DNA of 64,000 bases from assembly GCF_019635515.1 (NCBI RefSeq), contig NZ_JAHBZI010000002.1:39664-103663 (forward strand), written 5' to 3'. Positions within the stretch are counted from its first letter, which is position 1. Each line of letters begins with the position of its first letter. Positions 61,616 to 64,000 of the stretch are shown in pieces. The translations under genes and the position numbers were made by a program. Under the pieces are notes generated by a model. That model was not told the origin of the DNA. It made no database searches and saw only the letters and a program-made list of their open reading frames with translations. The DNA comes from Sphingomonas sp. (GTDB lineage: Bacteria; Pseudomonadota; Alphaproteobacteria; Sphingomonadales; Sphingomonadaceae).

Positions 61616-62219
61616 GGCGACGCCCAATCCCGACGCCCTGCGCATCCTGCCGGGGATTCCCCTCGCGCCCGCGCAGCCACGCCAGTTCACCAGCCAGAAT
61701 GCCGCCGCTGACCCGCTCGCGACCGCGCTGCTGGCGATCGACGGCGTCGTGCGCATTCTGATCGGCGCGGACTTCGTGACCGTGGTGCGCGAGAATGCCG
61801 GCTGGGCCTGGGAAAGGTTGCGGCCCCAGATCGCGCTCGCTTTGTCGGATGTCGTCAACGGGGGTCTTGCGCTCGCGCCACCGCCCGAGCCGGCGGATCG
61901 CGCGCCGCTGGGCGAGATCGGGCAGCAGATCGAAGAGGTGCTCGACCGGTGGGTCCGGCCGCTATTGGCGGCGGACGGTGGCGAAGCGGTGCTCGTGCGC
62001 TTCGATCCGGTCGACGGGACCGCCTGGGTCCGCTTGGACGGCGCGTGCGGCGGCTGTCCGTCTGGCAGCATCACGCTCAAGCGCAGCATCGAGCAGACGA
62101 TCCGTCGCTGGGTTCCGGAAGTGGCGCGGGTGCTGGCTGCGGAAAGCGAGGCGCCGCGCGACGAAGATCCCAAGGCGCGCTTCCGCCGCTGGATCGCCGA
62201 GAAATGGGGAAAGGGCTAG
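61596..62219 (+). CDS. Nfu/NifU-like Fe-S cluster carrier (Nfu_N + NifU C-terminal CxxC domain)
   Basis: E.TPNPDAL, GADFVTV, VRP....DGG and GACGGCPSG.ITLK. Confidence 0.88.
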   Translation: MNVIEFEATPNPDALRILPGIPLAPAQPRQFTSQNAAADPLATALLAIDGVVRILIGADFVTVVRENAGWAWERLRPQIALALSDVVNGGLALAPPPEPADRAPLGEIGQQIEEVLDRWVRPLLAADGGEAVLVRFDPVDGTAWVRLDGACGGCPSGSITLKRSIEQTIRRWVPEVARVLAAESEAPRDEDPKARFRRWIAEKWGKG

Positions 62220-62827
62220 GCCAGCCGCGCGATCATCACCATCCGCACGAGTTCCGACAGCGTGCGCGCGTCGGTCTTGGTCATCACGTTCGCGCGATAG
62301 ACCTCCACGGTGCGTGCGCTGATCTCGAGGTCGTACGCGATCACCTTGTTCGCCTTGCCCTCGATCAATCCTTCCATCACCTCGCGCTCGCGCCCGGAGA
62401 GCGTCGCGAGGCGCCGGCGGATCTCGTCGCGTTCCAGCTCGATCTCGCCGCGGCTCTGCTGCCGGGCGAGCGCGGTGCGCACCGCCATCAGGATGGCTTC
62501 GTCGCTGAACGGCTTCTCGATGAAGTCGGAGACCCCGGCATGGAGGGCCTGGATCGCCATCGGCACGTCGGCATGGCCGGTGATCATGATCACGGGATCG
62601 GTCACGCCCATCGACTTCAGCTTGGCGACGAGCTCCATGCCGCTCATTTCGGGCATCCGCACGTCGGTGATTATGCAGCCATGCTCCATGACCGGCACCG
62701 CCTTGAGGAACGGCGCTGCCGATTCGTAGGTGCGCGTCGCTATCTCCGAGCATCCGAGCAGGAAGGAGAGCGAGCCGCGGACGCCCTCGTCGTCGTCGAC
62801 AATATGAACCACCGGCTCATTCGGCAT
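62216..62827 (-). CDS. fixJ: Response regulator FixJ
   Basis: [34 protein letters not shown] and Lux[25 protein letters not shown]. Confidence 0.93.
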   Translation of the reverse strand: MPNEPVVHIVDDDEGVRGSLSFLLGCSEIATRTYESAAPFLKAVPVMEHGCIITDVRMPEMSGMELVAKLKSMGVTDPVIMITGHADVPMAIQALHAGVSDFIEKPFSDEAILMAVRTALARQQSRGEIELERDEIRRRLATLSGREREVMEGLIEGKANKVIAYDLEISARTVEVYRANVMTKTDARTLSELVRMVMIARLA

Positions 62828-64000
62828 CGCTGAGTTCCTCCTTGCTGACGCTGGGAACGGTGAAGCTGAAGACGGCGCCGCCGCCTTCATTCGCTCCCGC
62901 CCAGATCTTTCCGCCATGCGCTTCCACGATCGTGCGGCAGATGGAAAGCCCCACGCCCATGCCGGTGCGCTTGGTGGTGACGAAAGGCTGGAAGAGCTGA
63001 TCGGCGACGTCGGGCCGAATTCCCGGGCCGGTGTCGGCCACGGTCACCATCGCCATCCCCGCATCGTCCGTCGCAACGTTGATCGAAAGCTCGCGCCGCT
63101 CCGATCCGGTCATCGCGTCGATCGCGTTGCGGATCAGGTTCAATATCACCTGCTGGATCTGGACCTTGTCGACGAGCACCAGGTCGATTTTTGGCTGCAG
63201 ATCGATGCGGGCGCGCACGCCATATTCCTTGGCGCCGACCAGCGCGAGTGCGCTCGCCTCTTCCAGCAGCTTGGGCAGGCTCTCCAGCCGGCGCTCGGTC
63301 TCGCCGCGCGAGACGAAGTCGCGCAGGCGGCGGATGATCTCGCCGGCGCGCAGCGCTTCGCTCGCGGCGCGCTCGACCGCGTCGGCGACCTTGTCTTGCG
63401 GCACCTGCTCGCGCTTGAGCAGCATCCTGCTGCCCGACAGATAGTTGCCGATCGCGCTCAGCGGCTGGTTGAGTTCGTGCGCGAGCGCGGAGGCCATCTC
63501 ACCGAGCGCGGTGAGCCGCGACACATGGACCAGCTCGCTCTGAAGCTCTTGCAGGCGCGTCTCGGTCTGCTGACGCTCAGTCAGGTCGCGCACGAAGCCG
63601 GTGAAGAAACGGCCCTCGGTGAGCTCCATCTCGCCCACGGCGAGCTCCATCGGGAAGGTCGAGCCGTCCTTGCGCTCGCCGACGACGACGCGGCCGACGC
63701 CGATGATGCGCCGCTCGCCGGTCTGGTAGTAGCGCTCGAGATAGCCGTCATGCGCCTCGCGATAGGGAGAGGGCATGAGCATGCTGACGTTGCGCCCGGT
63801 GACTTCTTCGGAGGTCCAGCCGAACTGGCGCTCGGCGGTGTCGCTGAAATCGCGGATCAGTCCGTCCTCATCGATGACGATCATCGCATCGGGGACGGTC
63901 TGGAGGATCGAGGTCAGGTGCGCCTCACGCCGCTCGAGTTCGCGTGCGATTGCCGCCTCGTCGCTCCGCGCGCGCTTCAGCCAGGCGCCGCCGACGGCGA
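62817..64000 (-). CDS. fixL: Heme-PAS oxygen sensor histidine kinase FixL (5' end outside the window)
   Basis: [30 protein letters not shown] (heme His), [17 protein letters not shown] and [10 protein letters not shown]. The frame stays open to the window end. Confidence 0.94.
   Translation of the reverse strand, partial: AVGGAWLKRARSDEAAIARELERREAHLTSILQTVPDAMIVIDEDGLIRDFSDTAERQFGWTSEEVTGRNVSMLMPSPYREAHDGYLERYYQTGERRIIGVGRVVVGERKDGSTFPMELAVGEMELTEGRFFTGFVRDLTERQQTETRLQELQSELVHVSRLTALGEMASALAHELNQPLSAIGNYLSGSRMLLKREQVPQDKVADAVERAASEALRAGEIIRRLRDFVSRGETERRLESLPKLLEEASALALVGAKEYGVRARIDLQPKIDLVLVDKVQIQQVILNLIRNAIDAMTGSERRELSINVATDDAGMAMVTVADTGPGIRPDVADQLFQPFVTTKRTGMGVGLSICRTIVEAHGGKIWAGANEGGGAVFSFTVPSVSKEELSDAE

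Larger units (their letters stand above)
42117..64000. mobile_element. Probable genomic island integrated at tRNA-Gly (nitrate respiration/NO-defence cargo); right end outside the window
   Basis: Core genes stop abruptly at the tRNA 3' end. No tRNA terminator hairpin; arm-site-like repeats, an orphan gene and a gene stub follow, then accessory respiratory genes. No integrase or attR is seen, so mobility is inferred. Confidence 0.65.

Overview
GC-rich alphaproteobacterial chromosome segment, most likely Sphingomonadaceae (inferred from gene order and protein sequences, not from a database search). It has two parts. (1) 1-42116 is core chromosome around the replication origin: etfAB, sucC, crtZ, msrB, a PBP1A-type gene, ptsN-hpf-dnaQ-coaE-aroE-maf-ppsR, a likely oriC between ppsR and hemE, hemE-hemJ-rho, two TerC-family paralogues, mnmE-mnmG-rsmG-parA-parB with three parS palindromes, holA-lptE-leuS, yggS, ribA-xth, a candidate sRNA, lolA-ftsK, a REP-like inverted pair, a Ubi hydroxylase, cnoX and tRNA-Gly(GCC). 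(2) From about 42117 to past the window end is an accessory region starting at the tRNA 3' end, with paired 13-bp-spaced TCTACACA repeats resembling integrase arm sites. It encodes a low-oxygen nitrate-respiration and NO-defence module: an orphan gene with an Fnr-type box, a probable moeA stub, moaB, a fused NarK1-NarK2, narGHJI, a PPIase, two small unknown proteins, UbiM, hemA, quinol-dependent NO reductase, nnrS, a small ORF, an Nfu-type Fe-S protein and fixJ/fixL. No integrase, attR, nitrite reductase, IS element or CRISPR array is visible in the window. All family calls come from recognised motifs; no searches were run.
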